DNA from: Octopus vulgaris
Taxonomy: Eukaryota
DNA: 64,000 nucleotides
Direction: 5' to 3'
Assembly (NCBI GenBank): GCA_951406725.2
Contig: OX597817.1
Location: 61,752,001 to 61,816,000, forward strand
Each line of letters opens with the position of its first letter. The first letter of the stretch is position 1. A program made the position numbers and the translations under genes. Positions 37,507 through 50,239 of this stretch are shown in pieces. The notes under the pieces are model-generated. The model did no database searches and was not told the DNA's origin. It worked only from the letters and a program-made list of their open reading frames with translations.

Positions 37507-39812
37507 GTGAAGTTTCTGCAGAATTTTCTCACCACCATGCTGTAACAACTCCGCATGTATGCCATCCATACCCGGAGACTTCCCATTATTCAACCTTGAG
37601 ACAGCCATTGCAACTTCTTCCAACTTTGGTGGTTCTGCGAGTGCTGCCTTCACAGGCAATCCAGCGATGAGATTGAGAACATCCTCACTAACTACAGACT
37701 GCTGATTCAAAAGTTCATCAAAGTGTTCTTGCCACCTTTGCAGATTTCCTTGTGAATCACGAAGAAGTTCTTTACCATCCCTGCTTCGAATTGGTGTCAT
37801 CAGGGAAGATGTCGGTCCATAAACTTCTCGCAAGAGACCATACAACAACTTTGTGTTATTGGAATCTGATGCCGCCTGTATCTCGTCAGCCTTCTTACTC
37901 CACCACGTACCCCTCATCTGAGAGAGCTTTTGCCGCACACGTGATTTTACGTCCTTGAGTTCCCTATGCAACACTTCCCTTTCCTGTGACTTTGCTGACA
38001 AATAGCGTGACAAAGTACGTCTTTTATCAGCCAATAAATCATCTATATGTTCATCATTTTCTTTGAACCAATCTTGATGCTTTCTTTGTATCAATCCCAG
38101 AACTTTTTTGCCTATATCATAAACTGACTTTTTAAGGGTCGGCCAATCCTCCCCAATATCTGCAGCATTCATTTCCTCTCGTAAAGTTCTCTTCACACTA
38201 TTGTACCTAAGACGATCAACATTCAGTCTTTTAGGCAGGGTCATCCCTGCAGCTCGGGTTTTATGTTTTGTGACTAATTTCACTTTTGCACGTACTAGGC
38301 GGTGGTCAGTCCAACACTCAGCTCCACGAAGAACACAAACACACTGCACATCCTGTCTGTCACGCACCCTAACTAGGATGTAATCCAGAATATGCCATTC
38401 TTTAGATGCAGGGTGCATCCATGTAGTCTTAAGCTTATTCTTTTGTTGAAACATGGTATTGGTAACACACAGACTCAGCTCCTCACACATCTGCAGCAAA
38501 AGCATGCCCTTACTATTACACTTCCCCACCCCATGCTTTCCAATTACAGTCCATGTGTTAAAATCCCTACCCACTCTAGCATTAAAGTCACCCAGTACGA
38601 TGACTTTGTCTGCCCGAGGGATATTTCTTATAATGCCCTTCAAAGCATGGTAGAAAGAAAGTTTTTTCGCCATCAGTATAGCACATAGTTGGAGCATATA
38701 CACTCACCAAGGTCATATAATTTCCTTTAGCCAAAGGAATTCTCATGGATATAAGACGCTCATTAATTCCGATTGGGAATTCTTCCAACTTGTCCACAAG
38801 AGTAGTCTTAACAGCAAATGCCACTCCAGCTTCTCCTCTAAGCTCTTCATCTCTCCCTTTCCAAAAGAATGTATATTTTCCACAAGATTCTGTAAGATGA
38901 CCATCTCCAGGCAATCTTGTCTCAGATAAAGCAACGATGTCAAGATCATAGCGTTGAAGCTCCTTTGCAACAAGCGCAGTCCTTCTTTCAGGACATTCAG
39001 AGGACTTGTGGTCAAGCAGTGTCCGTACATTCCAACAGCCAATATTCATAATTTTCTTTGGTTCTATCACAGTAGCATGATGACGGCCGGGTTCAGATTG
39101 TGATGCTCTGGAGCCCCTGCCGGGCCAGCCTCTTTCAGCCAATGTGGTTCCAGAGTCCTTACTGCCATTTATTTTTATACTGTTTTGGTACATCATTGAT
39201 TTTTGCTTTTTAAGGCTACAGTCAGCCATTCAGTTGAGACCCACAGCACTATCAACATGCATGAATTAGTTAATCACTTTAATCAATCCAATGTAGTTAT
39301 CGTGCAATACCTGTGCAAAAAGATTTTTTTTAAAGTGAGGGAAGGCTGTGCACTGAGTCAATCCCACTCACTAAGCAACAGCAGCCATAATCCTAAAAGA
39401 AGAACAAGTCAACATCATCGGTAACCACTGAGCCGCAGGTTTTATGTCGGAGTTATCCCAGTTACCTGAGTTTCCTTCTCCTAGAAGGATGCCCTAACAA
39501 AGGCTAGGAGTCCTTCACTCCCAATGGTTTAACCGCGCAATCGGGTATTCAGTCCAATTATTTCTATGTCCCCGCGCATGATACAGCCTTAAGCCTTAAG
39601 AAGAGAAAAAAAACCACATTTATTGGATGGCCGTTGACTCTCAAGAGTTCATCCGTCCTTTGACGGGTTTTGTTTTTTATCCTGCAAGGTGTCCAATAAA
39701 CACCCTCCTCACCAAGCAAGCTTGGTGGGGTTACCGGTTTAGTCGCCGACGACCCGACCATGCAACAGGTTGTTCTGGGTTACATGTTACCAGTAGCACT
39801 CGAAAGTGACCT
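37507..39812 (-). mobile_element. Relatively young RTE-type LINE, 5' half (5' UTR, APE, linker, start of RT)
   Basis: IGCWNVRTL, DIVALSETRL, YTFFWKG, VYAPT, LGDFNARVG, WHILDYILV, TDHRLV, GKSPGMDGIHAELL; a single frameshift near 38660. Confidence 0.93.
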
Positions 39813-39814
39813 GC

Positions 39815-39865
<51 letters not shown>

Positions 39866-40029
39866 ACATACATATATACACACACACATACACATACATA
39901 CATATATACACACATACACATACATACATATATATACATACACACACACATATACATACACACACACACATATATACATACACACATATACATACACACA
40001 CACACATATATACATACACACATATACAT

Positions 40030-40060
<31 letters not shown>

Positions 40061-41996
40061 CATACACACACATATATATACATACACACACACACATATA
40101 TATACATACACACACACACATATATACATACACACACACACATATATATATATACACACACACATGTACACTCCCAGAACTCGGATCCACACTTCTCCAG
40201 TAGTGCCAAATTTTGGAACTGAGTTTGCACCCCCTAAGCAAATTTTGTTCCCGGGCCACTGCTTCTGTAGGAACTGACTGACTCTCCTCTGAAAGCTCTC
40301 GCCCACATATATTTAAACCTCAGAGGCCAAGAGGGATTAGAGACTCCAGTATTTCTCAGAAGAATTTGTGGAGGTACCATTTGATGATTAGGGTTTGCTT
40401 TTAGTTCTTTTCTCGTATGTTCCTGAATAATGTTAAATAGAGCAGAGCAATTTGAGTGTGGTTAAATAATTGTGTTGCAGAGTGGTTATATGCCATGAGT
40501 TTGATTTTTGTAAAGAGAAGATAGTATTGTCTCTGCTTTGAGTGATTTTAAAACTTGTTGTTAAGAACATATTGGTAATTAGTGGACACAAATGATAGCT
40601 GTTCCCAGAAAATATTTTGAAACAATTCCAACAAGGCCAATCATATCTTTTTTGCAATTGTTGTCTTTCCTTACAACTCTCACATTTGTTTATTCCACTA
40701 CATCAACAGTAGCAGGAGCAAGAGGGTATCTGTGTCTGTTTAAGACTATTTGAACATTAAAAACAACTAGCCAAAATCATCATAGCACATGCTATGAAGT
40801 TTCCTTCCCTTGTGAGTGATGGCTGCAGTCTTTTTGTATCTCGTGAAACTGAATGGGTGATCACTGAAAAGAGATATTCAAACTCAAGAACAAAATGGTG
40901 GTTCATTTGTCCATCAACTTTATAATAGCTTTAGAGGATCTATGACATCTTTTACTTGTTTTATCTGTAACTTTTACTTGTTTTAGTCCCTACATTACAG
41001 CCATGCAGGAGTAAGAGCTTGAAGGGTTTCCAGTCAACCAAACCAATGCCAGTACTTATTTTCTTAAAGTCTGATACTAATTTTATTAGTCACTTTTGCC
41101 AAAGTGCTATGTAACAACCAGATAAATAAACCTGTGGATGGGGATACACACAGACAAAAGATGGACTTCCACACAGTTTCAGCCTTCCAAATTCAGTCAT
41201 CAGGGCTATAGTTGAAGACACTTGCCCAAGGTGCTGTGCAGTGGGACTGAACCTGAAACCATGGTGTTGCAAAGCAAGCTTTCTAACCACACAGCCATGC
41301 TTGTGCCTCTTGTGAACAACTTCTAAACACTTACAAAAACCTAGAAGCAATGAAAAAAGTCACCATTGAAAGTTCAGTTATTGTTCTGGAGTTACACATA
41401 AAATAGTTATGATGTCAGCCACATTAGAAGTGGCCACCATTTACAAATGATGATGACTGCAATTTGGGAATCGGCATTTATTAATTACTCCCACAACAAT
41501 CTTTTAAGCTGTAATCTATATAACAAGTTTCACATTAAGCTTTGTAACTTGGCTAATGGATATGTTATCAATAAGGATTTACTTTATAATCCATATGGAT
41601 TACATTAGTTTTCACAACACAAAACTAAATTATTTTCTTATGGCTTCTATTTCCACATCCACATGGACGTACATCACCGAGGAAAACAATTTATACATTA
41701 CATGTCAAATATGATCATAACATGTCAAGTATGTACATATCTATACGATTACAAGTTTCCGCTTAAATCTCTTAGACAATGTCCTCTATATTTTTAATAA
41801 TAACATTACCCTGGTATAATTTATGTATAATGTATCTATGTAAGTATATTATTCTGACCTTGTCGGCAGCAGAAAATACTATGCACCAAAGTAGTTCAGT
41901 TCAGAGAACAGGTTACACAATGCTTCAGAGCAGATGGCTATATTCAGAACTAAGCAGATTTTCCAGTATCAATTTTCTCTCTCTTCATAAATACAT

Positions 41997-42033
<37 letters not shown>

Positions 42034-42288
42034 CAATCACGTATCTCTCTTTCTCTCTCTCTCTATATATATATATATACACACACAGAGAAAGAGAGAT
42101 ATATAAAAATATTACTAGTAAATATTATTAGTGGTGATCGAAGGCAGGAACCATGCAAGCAAGTTTATGAATATACATATATTTATATGTATATTCTATT
42201 CTATTCCTGAGCGTTATACTAATACATCTGTTTGTTTTGTACACCACCTGTCTTCATCTTTTGTTTTTTTCGTAAACTTTCCCTATGT

Positions 42289-42548
42289 ATAGAGTGTTAC
42301 GTGTGATGTACAGAATTGAATATTGAGAAAAAAAGTCATCAGAATTTTGGAAAAAAATCTTTTTATTTCTTCATTATTATTAGGGCTTTGGGTCCTCTCT
42401 AGAACTTGTCAAATACAATATATTTGACAAGTTCTAGAGAGGAATGAAAGCGCTAATAATAAAGAAGAAATAAAAGGATTTTTTTACAAAATTCTGACGA
42501 CTTTTTTTTCTCAATATCGAATTCTGTGCATCACACCTAACACTCTAT
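42289..42548. repeat. Palindromic (inverted) pLTR at the 5' end of a Penelope-like element
   Basis: ~125-bp arms around loop 42416-42420, immediately upstream of the PLE coding region. Confidence 0.85.
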
Positions 42549-42558
42549 TCATATCTCC

Positions 42559-44410
42559 TTGGATGTACAAGACACTAGAATGAAAGGAACGCAATCAAAC
42601 TCGCAGCTGAGAAACACCAAAAATACAGAACTTCTCACAGAAATATATAATAAGTTAAATTTAATCATTTCAAGACTGGAGGCAATCTTCACAAATATAG
42701 ATAGAACTGTGAATGATATCCATACAGAAGATGCTCCAACAACAAGATAGTAGTAAGAACAAACTCACTTGAAAGCACATCTCTGGAAGAAACTCCCGAA
42801 TCAAAGGAAACATGCATTTCAGAAGAGCATTTGATGCAACAATATAGCAAACACCTACCAGAATTGGCGAAGTAAAGAAAGCCCAATCCTGCCCAGAAAA
42901 TTTCTTATTCAAGAAATAAGAAATGGATCACGGGAAGAGATAAGGATATGTGCGAATTTAGCTCTGTGCTGACTGGAAACAGAAATCATTTTTCTATAAT
43001 TGGCAGAAACAAGACATGAAGAAAAAGTTTAAAATATTGACACAATTATGTTTGCTGAAATTGCTGAGCGGAGCGACAATCAATGTCAATGAAAACCTGC
43101 AAAAACTATGGAAAGAAAACAAAAAGCAGGAAGAAGAAAAATCCATAAAAATGTGGGAAAAACAACAAGAGTGGTTCAATGACTGAAAAAAACTATGGAG
43201 ACAAATCCATTATGAAAATGAAACCACAACAATGAAATACGAGGAAATGGAAAACAAACATGGACACTAACCCCAGAGGACCCGGACTGAGGTATCAAAC
43301 TTCCATACGTGGAGATGACCTCCATCTCACCCCAAGTACAGACTAGAAACCCATATTCGACGATAAATAACACTGCAAATAGCCAACAAATGAAATATAG
43401 AAGACAACCATCAACCCATAAGTCCAAACACCATAGATGGATAAATACAAGGGGAAAAGACATGAAAGACAAATAACATACAGACAACCACCGACCCGTA
43501 ATAACATGTACCCCGGATGGATGAATACATGGGAAGAAAGACAAGTAAAATACAGACAGCAGAGGTACTATAATAGGAATAATAATCATCATGATAACTC
43601 AAGCAACCCACGATTTACGACCAAAAATCCCATATATCCAGGATGGCGAAAAAAGCATGGAAGATGGGAAGAAAACGAAACTCGTATGGAATTCATATAA
43701 AAGACATGAACCATCCTCCTGCCTACATTGAAACTAGAATGCCAAGATCAGAAAATGGAGACATGGTAACACAATTCTTTTTTTTAGGGAGAAAATACCA
43801 AAACCATGCACCAGACCTGATAATACACAAAATTTAATTAAACACACACAACATATAGACTCAAAGATCATAGATTTGTCAAATAGGAGCCTCAACAAGA
43901 ATGAGATGAACCTCCTATTAAAAGGTTTCAAGTTTACCCCAACACCCACCCCTGATCTCATTGAGCTGAAATCTGATATTGAACACTTCAACCGCCACCT
44001 CCGACTTATAGAATTCTTCAGCAATAAAGATTTAAATGATGAATCAATAGTCAGAAATAAATCCCACTTTGCCCCCTACAAGGGAAAGGACAAATATTTA
44101 GACTCGTATATAGATATGATTTCAAACTTTCCCCTAAAAACCAACAGATGCAAACAAAACCTTCGTGAAGAAGAAAAGGAAGCCTTACAAACACTGAAGA
44201 ATGACAACTCAATCATCCTAAAAGAAGCTGATTAGGGAGGGGCGACAGTAACATGGACAAGGACTATAATAAGGATAAAATATTGGAAATGTTAACAAAC
44301 CAAACCTACTACAAGGAAGAACCAAGACACTCAGAAAAAACGATAATGAATAAAATCAGAAGACTAATCCATGAATTCCAAGATTTCTTCATAGACAAGG
44401 AGAAAGGGAT
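42559..44410 (+). mobile_element. Penelope-like element, N-terminal coding region (disrupted, truncated before the RT core)
   Basis: IIDLSNRSLNKNEMNLLLKGFKFTPTP...RHLRLIEFF...LKNDNSIILKEAD*GGA: the PLE N-terminal motif and a DKG motif with K replaced by stop. Confidence 0.88.
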
Positions 44411-44636
44411 CTTTTCACTTTGATCGGCAGATTTTTTAAATAGTTTCTTTGTAACTAAACACTTTTAAACTTCATATACTGGTAGAATGTGTTTATAAAA
44501 CATCTTTTTCTCTTGGCTTTCTTGAGAAAATTCTGTAGTTTGTAAGCTATTTGTTGTTTAATTTCTTGCATTTCGGCAATTTCATCCAATCAATGACTAT
44601 TGAGATGAATACAATTTCTGCGGTTGTTTGTCAATG

Positions 44637-45125
44637 CGGTGACATATCAGTTTGTCACTGTTATTTATGACATATTTCATATCAGTTACGTTCGTATGAA
44701 TAAAAGATTATCGTTATTAAACTTTTATTAATAAACACATATTCTAAGTTCACAACATATGCAGTTTAACTTCCCTCTCTGTTGCACAGATACACACATT
44801 ACATATTATATATTCGTTTAAGGAACAGATTGGGTCTATTTACATTTCTGAAGAAAATAGATACCCTAACCCTAAAACAGATTGAAATGCAATAGATTGA
44901 TACTAGGGTCATAATTATGGGTGAACACTAAATGAGGGAACGGTTTTGCTATCCAGCTCTGTTTACGAGTGACCCCTCAGTATATAGCAAAACACGTGTA
45001 TTTGTTTACATTTGAAGATCATCACTTTCCGTAAAATTTTTAATTTTTTTATATATGTGGGGTTAGGGTTAGGGGGAAGGGTATCTTTTTCTCATAAATA
45101 ACAGTGACAAACTGAGTAGACACCG
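44637..45125. mobile_element. TIR element with internal inverted telomere-like repeats
   Basis: Perfect 24-bp IR tcagtttgtcactgttatttatga (44647-44670) / tcataaataacagtgacaaactga (45092-45115); ccctaaccctaa at ~44864 and ttagggttaggg at ~45063. Confidence 0.7.
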
Positions 45126-45545
45126 CTACATGACCATACCAGCGCAGTCATCTCTCTTGCACACCACATCTGATGCTTCTTAGGTCCAACTTTTCTCTCA
45201 AGGTACTTACACTGTCAAGTATGCACACTGACATTACACATCCATCAGAGCATACTGGCTTCATTCCTTGCAAGCTTACACATGTCCTCAGCAGTCACAG
45301 CCCATGTTTCACTGCCATGTAGCATGGCTGTTCGTACACATGCATCATATAGTCTACCTTTTACTCTGAGTGAGAGGCCCTTTGTCACCAGCAGAGGTAA
45401 GAGCTCTCTGAACTTTGCCCAAGCTATTCTTATTCTAGCAGCTACACTTTCAGTGCACCCTCCCCCGCTACTGACTTGGTTACTTAGGTAACGAAAGCTA
45501 TCAACTACTTCTAGTTTTTCTCCCTGGAACGTGGCAGAAGTTGAC
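45126..45545 (-). mobile_element. RTE-clade LINE, RT C-terminal fragment
   Basis: GEKLEVVDSFRYL...RIRIAWAKFRELLPLL...LYDACVRTAMLHGSETW. Confidence 0.88.
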
Positions 45546-45891
45546 AAGGAACATGCTGCCTTCACTTCAGCTTAGAAGCTACTAAGGTATCAGGAAGAAA
45601 GACTTGTTACAGATTTTGCTTGTTACTGTTTTATGGGGTCAGTTTTCTGTTGACTCCCTCAGCCCTACCCCTAACAGACGCTGCCCCTTGTTCTCTCGGG
45701 CCTTAAATATACAAGGATTTGATAAAACTAGTCTATAAATTAAAACTGACCCACCCACCCTGTAAAACAGCGACAAGCAAAATCTGTAACAAGTCTTTCT
45801 TCCTGATACCTTAGTGTGTGTGACCGCGTGTGTACCGTTGGCGATTTTTTTTCCCTCTGTCTTCCCTTCTCTGGATCTTTTCTTCTCCTAT

Positions 45892-45926
45892 GTTTCCGAC
45901 GAAGAGCTCCATTCGAAACGTTAAAC
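45892..45926 (+). ncRNA. Ultra-minimal hammerhead-like motif in a (TA)n-tailed repeat (~45816-46017)
   Basis: gttt-CCGACGA-a gagc tcc attc-GAAAC-GTT-aaac; helix I gttt/aaac, helix III reduced to the palindrome ACGT. Confidence 0.5.
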
Positions 45927-46016
45927 CCTCCTTCTTCCCTGAGCGTCCAATAATACTATATTTGTTCCACGTCCTCGCGTTGTTGTGTTTTTTTGTGTTT
46001 TCTTGTTTGGATTAAC

Positions 46017-46054
<38 letters not shown>

Positions 46055-46269
46055 GGGGAGAGAGATTTTATTGTCAACAGAAGCAATAACTCTCAGCTAT
46101 TTCCACCCTATTCTTATTGAAGCAACTATACTTTCAGAACATCCTCCTCCACCACTAATTAGGTCACCTAGGTAACAGAAACAACCCACAACCTTTAAGG
46201 AACCTGTTGGGCATTTGAGAAAATCTATTTTCCCTCTGCCCTTAGTGTTTATTGCTGTTGCACATCTTC

Positions 46270-46610
46270 AAGATGCATGGCTCAGTGGTTAGAGCATCAA
46301 GCTTACAATCAAGAGGTCATAAGTTTGATTTCTGGACCAGGCTTTGTGTTGTGCCCTTGAGCAAGAATTTTTTTTCACGTTGCTCCAGTTCACTCAGTTG
46401 TAGAAATGAGTTGCAACATCACTGGTGCCAAGCTGTAGCAGCCTTTTCCTTTCCTTTGGTTAACATTAATGGTGTGGAGGAAGAGAGAGGCTGGTGTGAA
46501 TGTGCAGCTGCTGGTCTTCCATAAACAACCTTGCTCAGACTCGTGCCCTGGGGGGAGGGTAACTTTCTAGGGGCAATCCCATGTCATTTATAAGTGAAGG
46601 AGTCTTTACA
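46270..46610 (+). mobile_element. Third tRNA-derived SINE family
   Basis: A box tggctcagtggttagagc; body shared with the 61455 copy. Confidence 0.85.
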
Positions 46611-46689
46611 TCTTCCATACAGAAACACTACTTTCTCTTTTAGCATTCATCTGATTCCACAGTACCTTTTGTGTGCATAAGTAATGTTT

Positions 46690-48425
46690 AAGGCCCTTTA
46701 ATACCATGTTTTGCTTCCACACTTGGAATGTCTTTTCTAATTCTATTATCGATTACACTACAAGAATGAGGTCAACATACTGTAGTTCCTAGGAGCAGCC
46801 AGTCTTAAATTCTACCAGTTCTCTGAATTAATCACTGAATTCATGGCTAGCTTTCATGCTACAGACAGTATGTTTGTATATAGCCTGTATAACTTTCACA
46901 AGCCATTCATCTACCCTTAGCTTCCACAGAGACCACCAGATCATTGAGCAAATAACTCTGTCAAAGGATTTCACCAGGTCAATGAACACCACGTACAATG
47001 GTTTACTCATAGCTAAATACTTTTTCTGCAGGTGTCTAATTAAGATGGCATCAGTAGTACTTCTCCCTGGCACAAATTCAAACTGCATCTCAACTAGATT
47101 AATTCTCTTCTTAATTAATTAGGCTCTAACTCTCTCCATCATTTTCATGACCTGGCCCAGCAATTTCATACCTCTGTAATTATTTCTAAAGCATTTCCAT
47201 TACTCTTGTAGCAGCTAACTAGGATGCTGCTGCTACACCAATCACTGCTTATGACATCTCCTCCCTATTAATGATATAGGTGAACAGGCTGTATCCTACT
47301 CTGCAAGCATATTTGGAGCATTTCAACATAATACCTAATGAAGCAAGGTTTTACCCTGTCTTCATATCCTTAATTGCCTTATTTATTACACAGCTGTCAA
47401 TTAAGATGGCTAGTTTCTCTGCTGGATCCACATTCGTAAAACGCCCTTTCATCCTAACATTTTCCATGTTTAATATCCCTTCATAGTAACACTTCCATTT
47501 CTCTTTCTTTGCAGAATCCTTTAGAGCAAGCATACCATAAACAATCTGTACACACTTCTCTTTCACAGCATCTTCATTCTCTCTCACACACTCTCTTGCA
47601 AACACCTCATATCTCTGATCCTCACGCTGTATGACTTCTTCCTTTCTGCTTCAGTCCTTGCTAAATAAACCTGTCATCTAACTTCTCTTCTAGCTACTTA
47701 ACGTAGCTCTTTGTCAACTCCATTTTTCCAGCCTTTCCAACTATTCCTCTTTGATTTTATGACTGTCTAACTCAATGTTCCACCACTATATCACCCTGAG
47801 TCTGGTTGAAACTTTACCCTAACCACATATTTGATCTGTAGTCCTTGGTAGGTTGTCTCTGAGAAATTTCTAGTTGTCTACTATGCTAAGTGACTATCTC
47901 CTCTATCTTTTCCATCCAATGCTTCAACTAATATTTCTCTAAACTTCAAGGTTCCATATCTTCCATTTCAAAACTAGTTTGTCTCTCTGATTCGTTCTAA
48001 CCTAAGACTCAGAGCACTAACCACTACCCTGTGTTGAGTTGTGCATTTTTCACACAGGAAAGATTTTGCATTCACAAGTATCTGCTTATCCCTGTTTCTC
48101 ATGAGAATGTAGTTAATCTGGTTTATATGCTCACCATATTGAAAGGTGATTATGTGGCTGGCTGGTTGGTTTCCTGAGGATCAAGAAATTATGAGCACCA
48201 CAGAATACCTGCAACCTTGTTCCTGTCTCATTTTTAGAATCAAAGCCAAAACTTCCATGCCTTCCATGAAATCCATTGGAGTGTTGCTTCATGTGTCCAT
48301 TGAAGTCACCAGTCACAGTAACAGGTCATTGTGTCTACATCCCTTGAGTAGTCTAGCAGAGGCTCCCTTCCATGGTACCTCTTTCACCCAGTATACATCC
48401 ATATGTCTCCACTCTAGAATTTCAA
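46690..48425 (-). mobile_element. Degenerate RTE-clade LINE
   Basis: GDFNGH, QFEFVPGRSTTDAI...LYVVFIDLVKSFDRV. Confidence 0.85.
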
Positions 48426-48427
48426 CA

Positions 48428-48722
48428 ATCGAGCGTGACCGTCTGCCAGCCTCGCCTGGCACCTGTGTCGGTGGCACATAAAAAACACCATTCGAGCGTG
48501 ACCGTCTGCCAGCCTCGTCTGGCACCTGTGTCGGTGGCACATAAAATCACCCACTACACTCTCGGAGTGGTTGGCACTAGGAAGGGCATCCAGCTGTAGA
48601 AACACTGCCAGATCTGACTGGCCTGGTGCAGCCTTTGGGCTTGCCAGACCCCAGTTGAACCGTCCAACCCATGCTAGCATGGAAAGCGGACGTTAAACGA
48701 TGATGATGATGACGATGACGAT
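48428..48722 (+). mobile_element. (GAT)n-tailed repeat family with internal ~63-bp tandem units (copies ~26400-26522, 52360-52790, 53970-54560 -, 54620-55080, 55093-55255, 55548-55735, 55811-56040 -, 62714-63250 -)
   Basis: Shared 3' end ggagtggttggc..taggaagggcatccagctgtagaaac...ggacgttaaacgatgatgat; cgagcgtgaccgtctgccagcctcg is duplicated at 48430 and 48493. Confidence 0.88.
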
Positions 48723-50239
48723 CACCAGACCTACCTTTCATGGCAGTTCTAAGTTTATAGGCTTGGGAAGAGGGAGAAGGGGACTGTTTTCAGCATCTAG
48801 GAAAAAAAACAACTTTTGCAGGCATTTGTCTGGTGGCAGTGAGTTCTTGTACATGTCAATGAAATGATATTTGTTATTCCATGAATCACCATTTTCTTGA
48901 ATCCTACAAAACCTTCACGGACAAACACTATAAGTAGATATGTGGGGAACAGAGGGAAATGAGAAAGGGGAGGTCTGTTTAGACATTATGGACCCTGATG
49001 ATTGCAAGGTACAGTGCACACCTTAGTAATGTGTGTGTGTGTGTGCATAAATACATACATATAGACATGCACGACAACATATACACCCTCCCCCCACACA
49101 CACACACATAACAGCACATATCGCTTTATAGTTGTCAATGTATACCTATATAAATAATTTTGGTACAAGGCCAGCAATTTCAGAGGAGGGGGTAAGTCAA
49201 TTACATTGACTGCAGTACACAACTAGTACTTATTTTATCAACCCTGAAATGACAAAAGACATACTCAACATTGGCAGAATTTGAGCTCAGAGCCTGAAGA
49301 TTGATGAAAAGCCACTAAGAATGTTTCCCAGCAGGCTAACAGTTCTACCTGCTTGCTGCCTTTATACCTATATAAATATAGACACACATTTATTCCTATA
49401 TAAATATAGACACACATTCACTCCTATATAAATATAGACACACATTCACATATACCCCCTTCTGTCATAACTCCTGTGATTTTTTCCCCCTCTCACAAGT
49501 AACATAAACCATCTTCAAATACTATCTTCACAAGCTATTTCCTGTATCAATGGCCCACATTACTACAATTTCTGACATCCTATCTCTTCTACTGTCACTG
49601 TCCACTTCTGCTATCTGATCTCTTACTATCCTCATTAACCATTCAGCATAAATACAACTGCACAGTCCAGCACGTTCTGTCGGCAGATCAGATTACCTCA
49701 GTTATGTCTGCAACACATTCGGGAGAGAGTTTTAATTATTATTGATCAAAATGTCCTTTTATATGTAACCAGACAAGATGAACCATACTACATCACGACA
49801 ATAATACTATTGACAAGAAAAAAACAACATATCGCAGGTAAAGTTGATTCATCCGTCTTGTTCCTCTCTCTATCTGCTCTAGTTTGTATATACTATCTCT
49901 GACACACACACACACACACATATATATATGTATATATCAAAATCATCATCATCATCAATGTCTGTCTTCTATGCTGTCATGAGTTGGATTGTTTGAGAGG
50001 AGTTGGAAAGCCAGAGGACTGCACCAAGCTCCACTGCTTTGACATGGTTTTTACAGCTGGATGCTCTTCCGAATGTCAACCACTTTACAGAGTGGAGGGG
50101 GAAGGAGAGAGGATTAGGTTACAGGAGTGGGGAGGGAGAGATAGGCATGGGGCATAAAAATGAGGATCTATGAGGAAGAGAAGGGGAGTTTGGTTTGTTG
50201 GGGTAGGGTGAGTGAAAAATTCAATGTTACATGTTGGTG

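Noticed and set aside
39731-40306. Long ORFs rich in YI/HT/CV repeats (also 83-737, 5600-5803, 19008-19322 and others)
   Set aside because: Translations of (TA)n/(CA)n microsatellites.
40180-40700. Possible decayed GIY-YIG fragment on the minus strand
   Set aside because: Only faint motif resemblance; needs a translated search.
49365-49452. Three ~28-bp direct repeats containing TATAAA (also a ~43-bp duplication at ~7681-7776)
   Set aside because: Simple local tandem duplications; no evidence of promoter function.
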